Of a DNA stretch of 64,000 nucleotides, positions 10,083 through 20,072 are shown one piece after another. The notes under the pieces were generated by a model, which ran no database searches, was not told the DNA's origin, and saw nothing but the letters and a program-made list of their open reading frames with translations. The DNA comes from Candidatus Bathyarchaeota archaeon (GTDB lineage Archaea; Thermoproteota; Bathyarchaeia; Bathyarchaeales; Bathycorpusculaceae): contig CAWGZR010000005.1 of assembly GCA_963827165.1 (NCBI GenBank), forward strand, positions 64,001 through 128,000. Reading direction: 5' to 3'. The translations under genes and the position numbers were made by a program. Each line of letters begins with the position of its first letter. Positions within the stretch are counted from its first letter, which is position 1.

Positions 10083-10468
10083 CTAACTATCCGCTCCATC
10101 AATTCGTTGCCGATTGCTTTTCCACCTAAAACGGCGCCCAAGGACAAACCGACGTTGGCTAATATGTTCAGCGCCACTAGGATAAAGCGGTTGTTATCCA
10201 TGAGGTTGCTGGTTTCTAACGCGAACGAGGACATTGTTGTGAAGGCCCCGCAGAACCCTGTAGCAACAAGCAAGGAGTAGTTTGAATCCAAGTTTAAAGC
10301 AACTGCCAGAACGGAGAACAACCCCAGAATAAAGCTGCCGATAACGTTGACTGCTAAAACGTTTATGGGCAAACCGCCGACAGTTTTCGATGAAGCAACC
10401 ATTGAGTAACGGAGAAAAACGCCGACTAATGCGCCAGCCGCTAACAACGCGAATTCTATCATTTTCAT
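10079..10468 (-). CDS. crcB: Fluoride efflux channel Fluc/CrcB
   Basis: LRY, VNVIGSFILG, TGFCGAFTTMSSF motifs; four TM helices. Confidence 0.95.
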   Translation of the reverse strand: MKMIEFALLAAGALVGVFLRYSMVASSKTVGGLPINVLAVNVIGSFILGLFSVLAVALNLDSNYSLLVATGFCGAFTTMSSFALETSNLMDNNRFILVALNILANVGLSLGAVLGGKAIGNELMERIVR

Positions 10469-10492
10469 ATGTGCCTACCTTTCTTCTTTTGA

Positions 10493-10556
10493 GTAGGCAT
10501 TATCAGCGTCCTACGGAGCGGTTCTGACCGTGCGGTCAAGGCTAATGCCATAGCGC
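10493..10556 (-). ncRNA. Fluoride (crcB) riboswitch aptamer
   Basis: Minus strand GCGCUAUGGCAUUAGCC...AACCGC...GCUGAUAAUGCCUAC; pseudoknot GGCAUU/AAUGCC; directly upstream of crcB. Confidence 0.9.
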
Positions 10557-10741
10557 AGATTTTAATGCAAAAATCAAGACACAAATTATTATATTTATTG
10601 GTTCAAAAAAAGTATTTTTGACCATGCTCAAGAAACTTTGACGGGGGGTACCATTCTGCGACTACCCCAGGTCAAAATTAGGCTTTTCCGAAACCTAAAA
10701 TAAGCTGGCAACAAAATTGTACCCATTTGAGGTTTAAAGCC

Positions 10742-11995
10742 TTGTCATCCATTATTGAAGACCTCATTGCCAGAAAAGTTTTCAACAACCGTGGAGAAGA
10801 AACCATTGAGGTTGACGTAATCACAACTGGCGGCTTCGGTAGAGCTGCCGCTCCCGCTGGGAAAAGCCGCGGAAAAGCCGAAGTGGAATATTACCCGCAA
10901 GGCGGAGTCGACGCAGCCATAAAGAAAGTTGACGATTTGATCGCTCCTGAACTCGCAGGGTTGAACGCTGATTTTCAAGAGGAAATCGATAGCACCCTAC
11001 ACGAAGTGGATGGTTCAACGGATTTCAAGAACATCGGCGGAAACACAGCATTCGCCATCTCATTAGCCAATGCTGAAGCCGCCGCGAACAGCCATGGGCT
11101 TTTGCTCTTTCAGTTTCTAGGAGGCAACGCTGCAACTACGCTGCCCTACCCACTTGGCAACTGCATAAGCGGCGGTCAACATGCTCGGGGCAAAGCTCCA
11201 GACATCCAGGAGTACCTAGCGTTGCCGCGTGGAGCTGAAACCTTTGTTGAGGCGCAGACGGCGAACACCCAGATTCACCGTAAAATCGGCGACTCACTCA
11301 AGAAGAAAAGCACGACTTTTAACGGGGGCAAAAGCGACGAGGGCGCCTGGATAGCTAACATCGACACGACTGACGCATTTGAAGTGATTGCCAAAGCCTG
11401 CGAAGAAGTTGGTAACGAACTTGATTTTGAATGCAGCTTCGGCATAGATGTGGCGGCTTCTTCACTTTGGAAACCTAAAGAGGAAAAATACGTTTACCAG
11501 AGCGAGGGAAAGAAGCTGGAGACAGCCGAGCAGCTAGAGTTTCTCCTTGAATTAATCGAAAAGTACCACATCGCCTATGTTGAAGACCCATTTCACGAGG
11601 AAGATTACGAAAGCTTCGCAGAATTGACCCGTAAAGCCAAAAACTGCCTCGTCTGTGGCGACGATTTGTTCACAACTAATACTGAAAGGTTAAATAATGG
11701 AATTAAGATTAACGCTGGAAACGCGATCATCATAAAAGTCAACCAGATTGGCACTCTCAGCGATGCAGCTCTAACAATCGAGACAGCACAACGGCACGGG
11801 TACGACCCCGTAGTGTCCCATCGTTCAGGAGACACATGCGATTGGCACATTGCTCATTTAGCTGTGGCATACAAGTGCCCACTCATCAAGACAGGAGTAG
11901 TTGAAGGCGCACGCATAGCCAAGCTGAACGAACTGATACGCATCGAGGATTTCCTCGGGCATAGAGCCAAAATGGCTGATTTAAAAATACGCTAA
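10742..11995 (+). CDS. eno: Enolase
   Basis: SDEG, EDP, GDDL, IKVNQIG, SHRSGDT, IKTG; likely TTG start at 10742. Confidence 0.93.
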   Translation: MSSIIEDLIARKVFNNRGEETIEVDVITTGGFGRAAAPAGKSRGKAEVEYYPQGGVDAAIKKVDDLIAPELAGLNADFQEEIDSTLHEVDGSTDFKNIGGNTAFAISLANAEAAANSHGLLLFQFLGGNAATTLPYPLGNCISGGQHARGKAPDIQEYLALPRGAETFVEAQTANTQIHRKIGDSLKKKSTTFNGGKSDEGAWIANIDTTDAFEVIAKACEEVGNELDFECSFGIDVAASSLWKPKEEKYVYQSEGKKLETAEQLEFLLELIEKYHIAYVEDPFHEEDYESFAELTRKAKNCLVCGDDLFTTNTERLNNGIKINAGNAIIIKVNQIGTLSDAALTIETAQRHGYDPVVSHRSGDTCDWHIAHLAVAYKCPLIKTGVVEGARIAKLNELIRIEDFLGHRAKMADLKIR

Positions 11996-12009
11996 CAGAA
12001 GTGAAAAGT

Positions 12010-12798
12010 ATGTCTGAAGACGAAGTAAAAGATAATGAACAGGTAGAAAACGAAGAGGAAAACATAGAGGAACCTGCCCCAGAAGAGCAGCAAGCCGAGC
12101 ACACTGAAGCTGAAACCGAAGAGGTTCCGCCAGAAGAAGAAACAGCACAAGCTGCCCCAGCCGCTGAAGCAGCATCAGGCGAAGAACTTCTTTTGCCCCG
12201 CGACACGTTGTTGTCAGCAGGCATCCACATCGGCACTCGAATGAAAACCTTAGACATGGAACCATTCATTTACCGTGTCCGCCCAGACGGTTTATTTGTG
12301 CTTGACGTTAAAAAAACAGACGACCGAATAAGAGTAACCGCGAAATTCTTGTCACGTTACGAACATGCAAAAATCTCAGTGGCAGCAACAAGGCTGTACG
12401 CTCAAGAACCAATCAAAATGTTCTGCAAACTTACAGGCGCAACACCGCTCATCGGCAGATTCATCCCAGGGCAGCTTTCTAACCCACAGTATCCAGGCAG
12501 AATCGACCCTGAAGTCATAGTTGTCTCAGACCCCAGAGCAGACGCGCAGGCAGTTAAGGAAGCAAGCAATGTCGGCATTCCGATCGTCGCCCTATGCAGT
12601 ACAGACAATGAGTTTGCAGGCGTTGACTTGGTGATCCCAACCAACAACAAAGGAAGACGAGCGTTGGCAGTCATATTCTGGCTTTTAGCGAGGCAAATTC
12701 TACGGGAAAGAGGCGAGCTTGGCCCCGACAAAGACCCGCCGGTAACCATCGATGACTTTGAAGCCAAAGTGACACGCGAAGAGGAGGAGGAACCCTAA
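12010..12798 (+). CDS. rps2: 30S ribosomal protein uS2 with acidic N-terminal extension
   Basis: AGIHIGT, GRFIPG, IPTNNKGRRAL. Confidence 0.96.
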   Translation: MSEDEVKDNEQVENEEENIEEPAPEEQQAEHTEAETEEVPPEEETAQAAPAAEAASGEELLLPRDTLLSAGIHIGTRMKTLDMEPFIYRVRPDGLFVLDVKKTDDRIRVTAKFLSRYEHAKISVAATRLYAQEPIKMFCKLTGATPLIGRFIPGQLSNPQYPGRIDPEVIVVSDPRADAQAVKEASNVGIPIVALCSTDNEFAGVDLVIPTNNKGRRALAVIFWLLARQILRERGELGPDKDPPVTIDDFEAKVTREEEEEP

Positions 12799-12803
12799 AG
12801 AAG

Positions 12804-13655
12804 TTGCCGACCCTTCGGCGTCCTACCGTCGCAGGACAGTTTTACGAAGCCGACGCCGAAGAGCTCAGAGCACAAATTAAAAGTTGTTTCCTCCACAAGA
12901 TAGGCCCACAAAAACTTCCGGAAATAAACCTTAATTCTCACCCGCGAAACATCGTCGGGTTAATTTGCCCCCACGCAGGATACATGTATTCGGGTCCCGT
13001 TGCGGCTTCCGCTTTTTACGAGTTAGCCGAAGACGGCAAACCAGACACAGTTGTGCTTATGGGACCAAACCACACCGGTTACGGTACCGCTTTGAGTATG
13101 ATGAGAGAAGGCGCATGGCAGACCCCCCTCGGCAGCGTAGAAATAGACACCGCTTTAGCAGATCAGATAAGAGCTGAGACCGGCCTAATAGACATCGACG
13201 ATGTCGCCCACCGCTATGAACACTCGATCGAAGTGCAGTTGCCATTCCTTCAGTTTCTTTATGGAGACGCGTTCAAGATTGTTCCCATCTGCTTTCTGAT
13301 GCAGGATTACGATTCGGCCACCGAAGTTGGAAGCGCACTTGAGGAAGCTTTGGACGCAACCAACACCGTGGTCATCGCTTCTTCAGATATGACTCATTAT
13401 GAACCCGTAAAGAAGGCGGCTGAAAAAGACAAAGCAGCACTCAAAGCCATAACAGATCTGGATGCAAAATGTTTCTACGAAACAGTTGAGTCTCAAAACA
13501 TCACGGCATGTGGCTACGCGCCCATAACGGCCCTAATCACTTACGCAAATGGCATTTGCGCCAAAGCTCAACTGCTGAACTACCATAACAGTGGCGACAT
13601 AACAGGCGACCACTCTAGTGTCGTAGGCTACGCAGCTGTAAGCTTTAAAAAATAG
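12804..13655 (+). CDS. MEMO1 family protein (AmmeMemoRadiSam system protein B)
   Basis: VAGQFY, PHAGYMYSG, GPNH, EHSIEVQLPFLQ, SSDMTHY, VVGYAA. Confidence 0.93.
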   Translation: MPTLRRPTVAGQFYEADAEELRAQIKSCFLHKIGPQKLPEINLNSHPRNIVGLICPHAGYMYSGPVAASAFYELAEDGKPDTVVLMGPNHTGYGTALSMMREGAWQTPLGSVEIDTALADQIRAETGLIDIDDVAHRYEHSIEVQLPFLQFLYGDAFKIVPICFLMQDYDSATEVGSALEEALDATNTVVIASSDMTHYEPVKKAAEKDKAALKAITDLDAKCFYETVESQNITACGYAPITALITYANGICAKAQLLNYHNSGDITGDHSSVVGYAAVSFKK

Positions 13656-13667
13656 CGTAAATACTTT

Positions 13668-14321
13668 TTAAATTGAGTTCCATCTGCTGAGGGCTTCCAG
13701 TTTTTTCCTGTCGCTTTTAAGCTGCTGAATCTCGACGTAAATATCATTTGCCGCTATATACTGAACATCATACTGACGGATCGTATCCTGCATTGCTTCT
13801 CCCCAATTCAACAGATGCGGGTAACATGGTTTGATTTGGTTGCTACCCTCTGGGCGTTCAAACCAAAATTCACAGTAAGTCCCTGTATAGCCGCTGGTTG
13901 TAACCCGGAAACCAAACTTCTCCAGCACAACCCCCAATTGGCCCAATACGCGACGCACTGCCCGATCCAAAACCTCAGGAAACTTGTCAGCTACCTGCTT
14001 ATACCGTTCAATAGATTCGTGTAGACACGGCTTCAAATGCCACCACAAATCGGGATTATCGAATTCCTCATGAACCGTTCTATTTGCGCCCTTAACCAAA
14101 GAGTTAACATCAGCTTTCATGGAACCAATTCCTTCTTCAGTCAACCCTAATGTGACTTCGGGAGATTTGGTAATGTAATCCTTCGCAGTCTTTCTGTACC
14201 ATTCAGTCGCGAAAATCACGGTTTCTTTCGTAAACTCAACTTTGAGTTCGTCCATGCTTGAGAGAAGAGGGGAAAGCTCCGCTTCTTTTCTCGCGATCAA
14301 AGCGTCTATTTCTTCACTCAT
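13668..14321 (-). CDS. Hypothetical protein, helical/coiled-coil
   Basis: 217-aa ORF with coding-like composition; no recognised motif. Confidence 0.7.
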   Translation of the reverse strand: MSEEIDALIARKEAELSPLLSSMDELKVEFTKETVIFATEWYRKTAKDYITKSPEVTLGLTEEGIGSMKADVNSLVKGANRTVHEEFDNPDLWWHLKPCLHESIERYKQVADKFPEVLDRAVRRVLGQLGVVLEKFGFRVTTSGYTGTYCEFWFERPEGSNQIKPCYPHLLNWGEAMQDTIRQYDVQYIAANDIYVEIQQLKSDRKKLEALSRWNSI

Positions 14322-14566
14322 GCACAGAAATCCTCAAAGTCCCATTTTGAACGTGTTCCCTTCAATGTCTAATACTGATAGATGAAAAAAGATTCTGCAA
14401 CTGAAATCTATATTCAGGTTCCAGATTTGCACTCACTTAAAATCTGAATAAAACGTCATCGCTGTCTGCCGAAGGCATATAGAGCAAGCGATACAGAGGT
14501 CTTCATAACCAAGCGGTTGTAACATCAAAGTGCAACAACATCATCTTATATCTTAATCTCACGTAA

Positions 14567-14687
14567 CGTGTGTTGAGCGAGAAAGGAAAAGCAAGGGATT
14601 GCCAACAACAGTTGGGCGGTCTGGCTGATAACGAGGCGACAAGGCATCTTTGCCCAAAAGTTTTTGCCTGTCCCCCGCTAACACATG
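14567..14687 (+). ncRNA. Candidate structured non-coding RNA
   Basis: TGTGTTGAGCG pairs with CGCTAACACA; AAAAGC/GTTTTT; internal CCAAC-AACA-GTTGG hairpin; TTATAT at ~14546. Confidence 0.3.
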
Positions 14688-14816
14688 GCTTGGCCACCTA
14701 ACGCTACTTTTACCTCCATTAAAACAAGGCAATCTCTTTAACGGTATTTTTCAAAATATAGTTTAGATTTTGATTTTCCAAAAAAAGGAAAAAAGAGATT
14801 AAAGTAGTTGGCTTGC

Positions 14817-15005
14817 CTATAATTTGCTTTTTACTTTTGAAGCTGCTTTCTTGGTTTCTTTAGCCGCTTTTTCGCCGACTTTTTTAGCGTCTACAGCGAC
14901 CTTCTTTGATTCCTGAGCAACTTTTCCGCCTGCTTTCTTGGCGTCAACTGCAACTTTTTTTGCTTCTTCTTCTACTTTATTTTTCGTGTTTTTTATAGTT
15001 GGCAT
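14817..15005 (-). CDS. Small Lys/Ala-rich repeat protein
   Basis: KKVAVDAKK repeated; ~11-aa periodicity; followed by a T-rich tract on the coding strand. Confidence 0.7.
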   Translation of the reverse strand: MPTIKNTKNKVEEEAKKVAVDAKKAGGKVAQESKKVAVDAKKVGEKAAKETKKAASKVKSKL

Positions 15006-15256
15006 AATTTTAACCAGTTTAAGTTTTGGGATTCCACATTTAAAAAGCCTCTGTTTTTTACTTCTCTTTAGGAAAGGCTCTTTAAAAAATCCCAGTTTCT
15101 GTTTCCAAACCCATGCCTAAGCTTAAAGCATTTCAAGCTTCATCTTGAACAAACCGCAGAATTCAAGTGAATTGGCGGCTTTTTGAAGCTGCGTTTTAGC
15201 AAAAGAATGTTTTTATTATTATTGACATTATAGCTACCGTTTAAGGTGTAAAGTGT

Positions 15257-16198
15257 ATGGGTAAAGGGTCAGGTTACGGGAAAGTGATTTTGTTCGGCGA
15301 ACATTTTGTTGTCCACGGTGCACCCGGCATCGTCTCCGCAATTGACGCAACAACAGACGCCGAAGTCAAAAAAGCCGCAAAAGGCTTAAACATCAAAGAC
15401 GAAAGAAAAACCGCCAAAGGATATAGCGAAGAAAAACGTCTTCAACAAATCGAATCCATAGAGAGAATGTTAAGAACCATGGGTATCGATCCCAAAATCG
15501 GGTTTGACATTTGGGTCGGTGGGTCACTTCCAGGCTTCAGTGGACTCGGTGCTTCCGCGGCAAGCAGCGTCGCCATAGCACGAGCCATAGCGCAGGAACT
15601 GGGAATGCAAATTTCTGATGAAAAAATCAATAAGATAGCTTATGAGGCGGAGAAAGCTTACGCAGGCAACCCGTCGGGCATCGACAACACGGCGGCAACC
15701 TACGGAGGCTTGATGTGGTTTAAAAAAGACGCGGCTGGTGGACAAGACAAGATTGAAAAACTGCATTTGCGGAGACCAATCGAAATTGTCATCGGGAGCA
15801 CAGGCAAAGTCGCAAACACCAAAGCCATGGTTGAAGGCGTCGCTGAACGCAAAGACAAAAACCCAGCCAAATACGACCCGATTTTTAAACAGGCTGAAAA
15901 TATAGCTGTTGCTGGGCGAAGAGCCCTCGAGGGATACGATCTAAAAAAAGTCGGCGAACTCATGAATGAAAACCACCGTCTTCTCCAAGAAATCGGCGTT
16001 TCCAGCAAAGAACTTGATATGCTTGTTGAATTAGCTCATAAACAGGGGGCTTTTGGGGCAAAGCTTACAGGGGGAGGAGGAGGCGGATGCATGGTGGCAT
16101 TGACTCCTGGGAAAGAGTTGCAAGGCAAAGTTTTGAGCGCTATCAAAAGCTTAGGGCTTGAAGTGCTAAGCACAAGGATTGGCGCAAACGTCTATTAA
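15257..16198 (+). CDS. mvk: Mevalonate kinase
   Basis: GKVILFGEHFVVHG, PGFSGLGASAA, PSGIDN, KLTGGGGGG GHMP motifs. Confidence 0.93.
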   Translation: MGKGSGYGKVILFGEHFVVHGAPGIVSAIDATTDAEVKKAAKGLNIKDERKTAKGYSEEKRLQQIESIERMLRTMGIDPKIGFDIWVGGSLPGFSGLGASAASSVAIARAIAQELGMQISDEKINKIAYEAEKAYAGNPSGIDNTAATYGGLMWFKKDAAGGQDKIEKLHLRRPIEIVIGSTGKVANTKAMVEGVAERKDKNPAKYDPIFKQAENIAVAGRRALEGYDLKKVGELMNENHRLLQEIGVSSKELDMLVELAHKQGAFGAKLTGGGGGGCMVALTPGKELQGKVLSAIKSLGLEVLSTRIGANVY

Positions 16199-16428
16199 GC
16201 AAAGAGATTGAAGCGGGAAATTCGCCCAGTCAACCACTTTTCCTTTAATTCAAGACCTGATTTTCCGAAAGGAGCACATGGTAGAATTCTATGTCTTGGT
16301 GCTCAAAAGGGCTGATCCGTGATCTTTTGCGAAAAAACCGGCACAGGTGGGTGGGAAGAGCCATCAATTTTATTTGACGAATATGTCTTAGTATGCATAG
16401 TTGTGTATAACTGGGGGCTGAAGATGAA

Positions 16429-17181
16429 ATGGAGGGATAGAACGGCTCCTGTTTGACCTTTTAAGCGACAGCAGACTCAGCAATCTTCGAGAGCTAAAAA
16501 ACAAGCCGTCTAAAATGAATTAGCTTGCAAGAAAACTGGATTTGACCGCCACTGAGGGTTTTAGGCAGTTACAGCGCTTAAGCGAAGATAAATTGATTCA
16601 GAAACTCCCTGACGGAAACTATGCCATGACAGAATATGGCAAGTTAACTCTCCAGTTTTTGAAACCAGTCGAGTTCATATTTCAGCACAGGGATTACTTT
16701 TTGACCCAGGATATTTGGCGTTTGCCGTACCCCCTACGTGAATCGAATTGGCGAACTATCAGGCGCCTCTCTCGGTATGGACACAATCGAGAACATCAAC
16801 ATGGCTGCCCACGTAGTCGGCGAAGCGGAAAAGTACGTTTGGGGCTTAGGCGACAAAGCGTTAGAATCAATAGGGACGGAAATGGTAAAGGGAATTTCAA
16901 GAGGCGTCAAATTCCGTTTCATTTTCAATGAAAGCTTGCTGCCCAACTACAAGCCTGTTATCGGAGAGGAGCCCTTCATTGAAAAGAGAATGCTAACTGA
17001 GATACCGGGATTAATTTTTTGCACTGAGAAAGATGCTGGAGTTTGCTTCCCGTTGATTAATGGAAGGATGGATTACCTTGGTTTCTTTGGAAGAGACCAA
17101 ATGTTTGTGAATTGGACCAAAGACTTGTTTCAATACTACTGGGACAAAGCAAAAGCCTGCCGTTCATCGCCAAAGCAGTAA
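16429..17181 (+). pseudogene. Disrupted HTH transcriptional regulator (ArsR-type HTH + DUF1724-like C-domain)
   Basis: IERLLFDLLSDSRL...MN*LARKLDLTATE HTH with in-frame TAG at 16521; frameshifts just after ATG 16429 and at ~16735; C-terminal G-R-M-D-Y...W..DLF..YW. Confidence 0.75.
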
Positions 17182-17249
17182 CCAATAACCAGCCGATGTA
17201 AATGCCATTCTTTTATGAATTCTTTACTTCCTTAACATAGCCTAAAATT

Positions 17250-18512
17250 CTATAAATTTATGACTTCAGCCTTTTCTGGGATACAAACATCTGTTAGCCC
17301 TGAAATTTGCTGATAAAGAGCTTCTGCCTGCTTGAGGTCACCATGCACTAGAACTGTTCGCTTTGGCTTGAGCTGTTTTACCAATTCTACAAGTTCCCCT
17401 TGATCTGCATGACCAGAAAGTTCAATCTGAACAATCTTCGCCTTAACCGAATATCTCTCACCATCAATCTTAACATAACCCTTGTCTTTAGCCAGTTTCA
17501 AGGGGCTGTCGGAAGGCAAATAACCTGAAGTGACAATCACAGTATTCTCCTCAATTTCTGCCCATTCATTAAGCAGGGCAAGGCTGGCGCCTGCATGGCC
17601 AAAACCCGGAGTACACACCACTATAGACGGTTCCTCAATCTCTGTTGTTCTATCAATCTCTCGCACATGCTTATACTCAAACGGTTTTGTTCGTTGCTTG
17701 GTCCCTTGCTCAAAAACGTCTTTGTTAGCGTTGAAAATTTTTGTTATTCTATTTGCCAACTTGGAAAGCATATATACGTTATAGTTGGGCAATGTTCCGT
17801 TTTCAATTGCTTGATCTATTCGTTTAGCCATCTCTTGACTTCGGTGGAACGCAAAAGTGGGAATCAAGACGTTGCCTCTGTGCCTTAAAGTGGTTTTAAT
17901 CTCAGAAAACAATTGGTCGATAAGTTCCCCACGCGGCTGCCTATTTTTTCCGCCATATGTTGACTCTGAAATAAGAACATCCGGCTCTTTCGGAAGGACA
18001 TTGACGTTGCAGCCTTCGAGGATTTCAGTATTATGCAGACAAAAGTCCCCAGTGTACAGGAGAGATTTTCCGTCGACGTTGATGCCTGTCATGCAGGCGC
18101 CGGCGACATGCCCAGCAGGATACATATCTACCTTCATATCCTGTAAAGCTAGGGATTCCGGGGAAGCCCAATACTCTTTTAGCTTCTCTGCTGTTTCGTT
18201 ATAGTATCCTGTTGCTTCACCGTTGAGTTCTTGAACTTTTATCATGTCTTTTAGCAATTCAACAGTAATGTCCCGAGTAATTCTTGAGCCTACTATCACT
18301 TGGTTGTTTCTGGATTTAGATAGACGAAGCAGGCTTCCTGAATGGTCCAGGTGGGCGTGGCTGATAATTATTGCGGCAAAGTTTTTGGGATACTCATCGG
18401 TTACATTGTCGAGTTTTATGCCGTAATCTAAAGCGATCTTATAGCGGTCAGTTGTAACTGCAATGCAGGAGCCGCCGACTTCTCTTGCTGCACCTAAGAC
18501 ACGAATCTTCAA
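17250..18512 (-). CDS. Metallo-beta-lactamase/beta-CASP ribonuclease (aCPSF2-like)
   Basis: LGAAREVGGSC, HAHLDH, GHVAG, YTGD, ESTYG, SGHAD, LVHGD; TTG start at 18512. Confidence 0.9.
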   Translation of the reverse strand: MKIRVLGAAREVGGSCIAVTTDRYKIALDYGIKLDNVTDEYPKNFAAIIISHAHLDHSGSLLRLSKSRNNQVIVGSRITRDITVELLKDMIKVQELNGEATGYYNETAEKLKEYWASPESLALQDMKVDMYPAGHVAGACMTGINVDGKSLLYTGDFCLHNTEILEGCNVNVLPKEPDVLISESTYGGKNRQPRGELIDQLFSEIKTTLRHRGNVLIPTFAFHRSQEMAKRIDQAIENGTLPNYNVYMLSKLANRITKIFNANKDVFEQGTKQRTKPFEYKHVREIDRTTEIEEPSIVVCTPGFGHAGASLALLNEWAEIEENTVIVTSGYLPSDSPLKLAKDKGYVKIDGERYSVKAKIVQIELSGHADQGELVELVKQLKPKRTVLVHGDLKQAEALYQQISGLTDVCIPEKAEVINL

Positions 18513-18759
18513 TTTTTTTCCTCGTCTAAAAGTAAGGAAACCCTTTCTTAAGCTAAGGCAGCCCATCAAATATTAATGTAGTTATTTGCAAAGCAGTTAT
18601 TCAGGCGATTAAGGAGCATTAAGATGATTGATACATCTGTTTAAATTGATGCTGAGTTGATGCCGTAAAAGCCGGAACTTTCATTTTTGCAATTGACAAC
18701 GATTCAGCGATTCTTTTATTAAGACTGGGAAATGTTATTTTGAAAAGAGGCGAACCGAA

Positions 18760-20070
18760 TTGGGCTTGCGAGCCTTCATTGAACAACTAGAAGATAACGG
18801 TCAATTAACCAAAATCCGAAAGCCCGTATCCACAGAATACGAATTAGCAGGTGTTATAAATGCGCTGGGCGAGAAGCCCGTTTATTTTGAGAACATTAAG
18901 GAGTCACCGTACCCTGTCGTTGCAGGGCTTGTTTCATCCAAAGAGCTTATTGCAATGTCGCTTGGCATTCAAAAAGACAGATTGCTTCCTAAATTATCTA
19001 GAGCCATCGAACATCCCGAGCCGCCGCAAACGGTCAGCAATGGTGAATGCCAAGAAGTGGTAGAGTCAAACGTTGACTTAACCAAGCTTCCAATAATGCG
19101 TTACACCGAAAAAGATGGGGGAAAATACATCGCCTCAGCCACAACTATAATTGAGGATCCTCAGTTAGGAAGAAACATGTGTTTTCACCGTCTCATGCTT
19201 AAAGATAAAAACCACTTCGTCGCCCGCATCGTCGAAGACCGCGGAACCGATACAGCACTCAAAAAGTCAGGCGGCGAACTCGACATAGCAATCTGCATCG
19301 GGAACTCGACTGCCGTTTTGTTGTCAGCTGCTACGTCGCTGCCAAAAGGCGTGGATGAACTGGGAATGGCAAACGCTCTGGAGAAGACCAAGTTGGCGAA
19401 GTGCAAAACAGTCAATTTAGAGGTGCCTGCGGACTGCGAGTTTGTTCTTGAAGGCAGAATCACCAAAGAGAAAACTACTGAAGGACCATTTCTGGATTTA
19501 ACGGGTGTTGTCGACCGCGTTCGTCAGCAGCCAATTATAGAAATCAAATGCATCACGCACCGAAAAAACCCGATTTACCAGACAATTCTCGCAGGTAAAA
19601 ACGAGCACAAGTTCCTTATGGGCATGCCCAAGGAACCCACGATTTACAATGAAGTTAACAAGGTTTGCCAATGTAGAGATGTCTATATCACGCCCGGCGG
19701 ATGCAGTTGGCTCCACGCTGTCGTTCAGATAAAGAAACAAAATGCTGATGATGGCAAAAAAGCGATTGCCGCCGCCTTTGAAGGGCATAAATCGCTCAAA
19801 CACGTGGTGATCGTCGACGATGATATTAACATTTATGACTCCAACGAGGTGGAGTGGGCGATCGCGACAAGATTCCAGGCGGACAAGAACTCGGTTATAT
19901 TGTCAAACCAGCCGGGCTCTTCACTTGACCCTTCAGGCGACCTGAGTGAAGGCAAGAAAGCAACCACAGCCAAGGCAGGGTTAGATGCAACCATCCCGCT
20001 TGTTGCAACGGGCAAAGGATTCAAGAAAGAAGAATACGTCGAAGTAAACTTGAACAAGTACCGGGGATAA
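18760..20070 (+). CDS. UbiD-family decarboxylase, likely anhydromevalonate phosphate decarboxylase
   Basis: HRLM, EGPFLD, VDDDI, EWAIATRFQ, GSSLDPS; adjacent to aconitase X subunits within the isoprenoid cluster. Confidence 0.85.
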   Translation: MGLRAFIEQLEDNGQLTKIRKPVSTEYELAGVINALGEKPVYFENIKESPYPVVAGLVSSKELIAMSLGIQKDRLLPKLSRAIEHPEPPQTVSNGECQEVVESNVDLTKLPIMRYTEKDGGKYIASATTIIEDPQLGRNMCFHRLMLKDKNHFVARIVEDRGTDTALKKSGGELDIAICIGNSTAVLLSAATSLPKGVDELGMANALEKTKLAKCKTVNLEVPADCEFVLEGRITKEKTTEGPFLDLTGVVDRVRQQPIIEIKCITHRKNPIYQTILAGKNEHKFLMGMPKEPTIYNEVNKVCQCRDVYITPGGCSWLHAVVQIKKQNADDGKKAIAAAFEGHKSLKHVVIVDDDINIYDSNEVEWAIATRFQADKNSVILSNQPGSSLDPSGDLSEGKKATTAKAGLDATIPLVATGKGFKKEEYVEVNLNKYRG

Positions 20071-20072
20071 AT

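Noticed and set aside
10638-10676. Imperfect inverted repeat GGGGGTA...TACCCCC between crcB and eno
   Set aside because: Single short hairpin with no second copy; function cannot be supported.
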